Shown here: piece by piece, positions 62,301-64,000 of the stretch
How positions within the stretch are numbered: position 1 is the first letter of the stretch
Layout of the letters: every line of letters starts with the position of its first letter
Source of the DNA: an uncultured bacterium
GTDB lineage: Bacteria > Acidobacteriota > Aminicenantia > Aminicenantales > CALLJL01
Assembly (NCBI GenBank): GCA_938092135.1
Contig: CALLJL010000019.1
Span: 27,211-91,210, forward strand
Length of the DNA stretch: 64,000 nt
Direction of reading: 5' to 3'
Made by a program: the position numbers and the translations under genes
The notes under the pieces: generated by a model
The model's database searches: none
The model's input: the letters and a program-made list of their open reading frames with translations, nothing else
Told to the model about the DNA's origin: nothing

Positions 62301-63499
62301 TGGGCTGTAACTTCATTGATGACCAGGTCGGCTCCAATAAGCTGACCAATAAGGGCCCGGCCAGAGCCAGTTGTGGCTACCCCAAGCCATCTCCAGTTTA
62401 TCCTTTTCTTCTGGCTATAGAAATCAAGCCAGCGAAAAAGTCGCTGAGTGGCAGCTATAGGTGCTGCAGCTGTTCGGGTATATAGACCAAGGATGATTGA
62501 ACCTGATTCATCGACCAGGGCCATCTTAGTGCTGGTTGAACCAATATCCAGTCCCAAAAAAGACCTGATAGCTGAATCAGACTCAGGAGCTTTAAAAAGA
62601 CTAATTTCTATGCCCTCTTCCTCCCAAATTTCCCCTTTCTTCGAGTCCGAAAGAGGCGACTTTTCAATTTTAAGCGGCGGATTTAAAGGTCTCTTTATTG
62701 AATCCTTTTTAAATTTTGAGGATAATAGATCATCAACATAAGCTTCCCTCGAAGCAAGAAGGGCCGCACCGATAGCAACTACAATTTCGCCCTGGGGAAC
62801 GGGTTTAACTTCAATCCCTAAAAGCTCCTGGAGCGATAATAAAAGGCGTCGATGAAGGGAGGCACCACCGGCCACATAAAGGGGAGATTCAATTTTTCTC
62901 CCCTTAATAAGGGAATCAGCAATAGCCCTGGCAACTCCTTGGCTTATACCTGCCGCAATACTAGCCACAGAGTAACCTTCTTGTTGGCGATGAATAAGAT
63001 CGGTTCGAGCAAAGACTGCACAGCGAGTAGCAATTGAGGGGATTTCACCTTTATAGTCGTGGGCAAGCCTTTCCATTTCCTCCAGACTGAGTCTCAGGCG
63101 CGCGGCTTGCTGCTCAAGAAAAGAACCAGTTCCGGAAGCGCAATCGCTATTGCTAATGTGACGCCGATAATTTCCTTCCTCATCGAGCTCAATAAGACGT
63201 ATTTTTTCGCCGCCAATGATAAGAAGAGAGCGGAAATTATGACCAATAGCCCATTTGGTCCCTTCAATAGCGGCCACAATTTCATCTATCTGAAATTCCG
63301 CTGGAAAAACCCTGGCTCCACTTCCAGTTAAAGCTATTTTTGTCTTGAGATGAGACCAGGCCGAAAGGATTAACTGTAGACATCCTGAAATATCGCCATA
63401 GTGGAAGCGATAAGCGGTAGCTTCAAGTTGACCAGATTTAAAGAAAGCGACTTTAATGGCTGCGGAGCCGATATCAATTCCCAGATAACATTCAGTCAT
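59357..63499 (-). CDS. CoA-substrate-specific enzyme activase (two BadF/BcrA-type ATPase domains, DUF2229 and dehydratase-like domains)
   Basis: GIDIGS and GLDIGSTSTK; CASGTGSFL/RCAVF and CAAGTGSFL/RCTVY Fe-S Cys pairs; IGGQDSK, EFCAP, LGRPYN, FRCSPD, TRIEA, GECLP. Confidence 0.88.
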   Translation of the reverse strand: MTECYLGIDIGSAAIKVAFFKSGQLEATAYRFHYGDISGCLQLILSAWSHLKTKIALTGSGARVFPAEFQIDEIVAAIEGTKWAIGHNFRSLLIIGGEKIRLIELDEEGNYRRHISNSDCASGTGSFLEQQAARLRLSLEEMERLAHDYKGEIPSIATRCAVFARTDLIHRQQEGYSVASIAAGISQGVARAIADSLIKGRKIESPLYVAGGASLHRRLLLSLQELLGIEVKPVPQGEIVVAIGAALLASREAYVDDLLSSKFKKDSIKRPLNPPLKIEKSPLSDSKKGEIWEEEGIEISLFKAPESDSAIRSFLGLDIGSTSTKMALVDESGSIILGLYTRTAAAPIAATQRLFRWLDFYSQKKRINWRWLGVATTGSGRALIGQLIGADLVINEVTAHAFSAVNYLPEVDTVIEIGGQDSKFIRLQDGAVVQSLMNTICAAGTGSFLEEQAQKLGVPLSAYDDLITETCGPAISDRCTVYMERDLSRLLAEGWSKRELLASALHSVRDNYLIRVVGQAKIGNKICFQGATARNRGLVAAFEVALNKPIYVHPFPHLAGAYGAALLARLNKIETTKFSGLNFGHQPIEQKIEICDLCPNNCRITVVRVGQSLAAWGFQCGREDEAKRKRLSRRSILPRSEILPSSIRAKESTATIKREKKIGLPIILPLSETEYFWRVFFTSLGFEIVTPKNNEDLLGHGQSLARAEFCAPIYLSHGQVKSLFDSGCEVVFFPIFLEGPDSGQKSPLPRFYCYFTAYLPLVLRHSLEMKKGELLSPLINWRWSDKRNISSLSEALKKIDRIGEKEVFLAWKKAKEAWKLERERQINEGQKILDSLKESEWAVILLGRPYNLNISLLNQNLPEIMADYGLIVLKPEMLANQNGNEGENYFIHWHYGQIIMQAAHRAAEDDRLFPIFVTNFRCSPDSFLLTYFRNLMERAHKPYLILQLDGLTSDIGYRTRIEAAIESFRQWKPKMKEKAPLFSFSNLKKDRLWIVPHVDDTASALAVACLERFGYEALLARENQETIYRGLRLVNGGECLPTAALLGSFIETLEKEKIQPSKVGLAIPTSFYSCNFPQIPVLIKLLLDKIGLGDVEIFTTALVNQHEPAELSLMLFHAYCLADNLRLLLTKIRPYEKNKGETEEIWQKALRELSSAIRRRLNLNEAFRQVVRDFASIPIEKEESRPKVAIIGDLYVIANPEFNLKVEKEIESAGGEVIPASLVDITHFSHLNRLARAWKNQHWLEFARTAALQLFLRINDRRWRGMIENVIGYKSKPLNFSSLRKIRQLGLPEELDGETAINLAKINHSLSEVRPDAFLHINPIYCCPGVVTVPLAQWVEEKWKIPVINLYYDGIHNPNEQIRPYLHFLKQKIFRQSNTA

Positions 63500-63676
63500 G
63501 GGCCTTCCAGAATAAAGGAATTTAACCGGCTTCTTTTCACTTCTTAGAAGAAGAAAGATAATTTTATCATTTTTGTCAATATCATCAAAAAACTTAAATT
63601 ACAAGGCGAAACCTTTAATCAAATTTTATATAAATTTTCTTTTATATCTGGTTTTATATTAGGGGTGGCTTCTGGA

Positions 63677-64000
63677 TTAAAGAGAAGAAAGGAAGGTGCA
63701 ATTCATGGCTCGCAAGCAACCTTGGCCGTCGCGCCTGATTTCAGCCCGGAGATAACAGAGGGGTGGCTCACCAAAACTCAAACAGGGTCTTTGACCCACC
63801 CCTTCAAGCAAACCAGTTTCATCCTCAAAAAGAAAGAAATAATGAGGCCGACCCTTCGTCTCCTTTAACCTGGCATCAACCACTCGGACGAGAAGAACCA
63901 CCTCCTGCCCAACAAATTTCTCAAGATCAGCAATGCGCGCCTTTGGTCTTGGGCCATCAAAGAGAAGTAAGGGGTTGGCGTTTGGACTGAAGCCGAGAAC
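63677..64000 (-). CDS. C-terminus of DNA polymerase III alpha-like protein (DnaE/DnaE2), partial
   Basis: Open from the window edge: VLGFSPNANPL..., then a short OB-fold-like segment with YFFLFEDETGLLE. Confidence 0.6.
   Translation of the reverse strand, partial: VLGFSPNANPLLLFDGPRPKARIADLEKFVGQEVVLLVRVVDARLKETKGRPHYFFLFEDETGLLEGVGQRPCLSFGEPPLCYLRAEIRRDGQGCLRAMNCTFLSSL

Overview
64 kb of AT-rich bacterial chromosome, densely packed with core and metabolic genes. Gene content (TonB receptor, lipoproteins, VWA-like secreted protein, GH29/GH20, CoA-activase, DUF362) suggests a diderm anaerobe, possibly Aminicenantes/Acidobacteriota-like; this is inference only. It contains the 3' part of secA, guaB, a pspC-dNK-panBCD-M48 cluster, two aldehyde dehydrogenases, a decayed hflC, rarA, merR-tRNA-Pro-surE, a pstSCAB1B2 operon, an ABC-F, a second tRNA-Pro and a sugar-salvage block (GH29, frameshifted GH20, serine hydrolase, sugar kinase, nucleotidyltransferase). 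Further on are a giant orphan sensor kinase, acyl-CoA dehydrogenase-meaB-mce, lysA, a 1380-aa CoA activase and the end of a dnaE-like gene. I saw no mobile element, CRISPR array or defence island. The strongest unexplained signal is the PstB pair: its motif losses are complementary, predicting an asymmetric heterodimer with one active and one degenerate ATP site. Other leads are a P-loop-degenerate deoxynucleoside kinase upstream of panB, a switch-like RNA structure at 9.05 kb and an M48 peptidase carrying GYF-like and zinc-ribbon domains. All calls come from motif recognition by eye; no searches were run.
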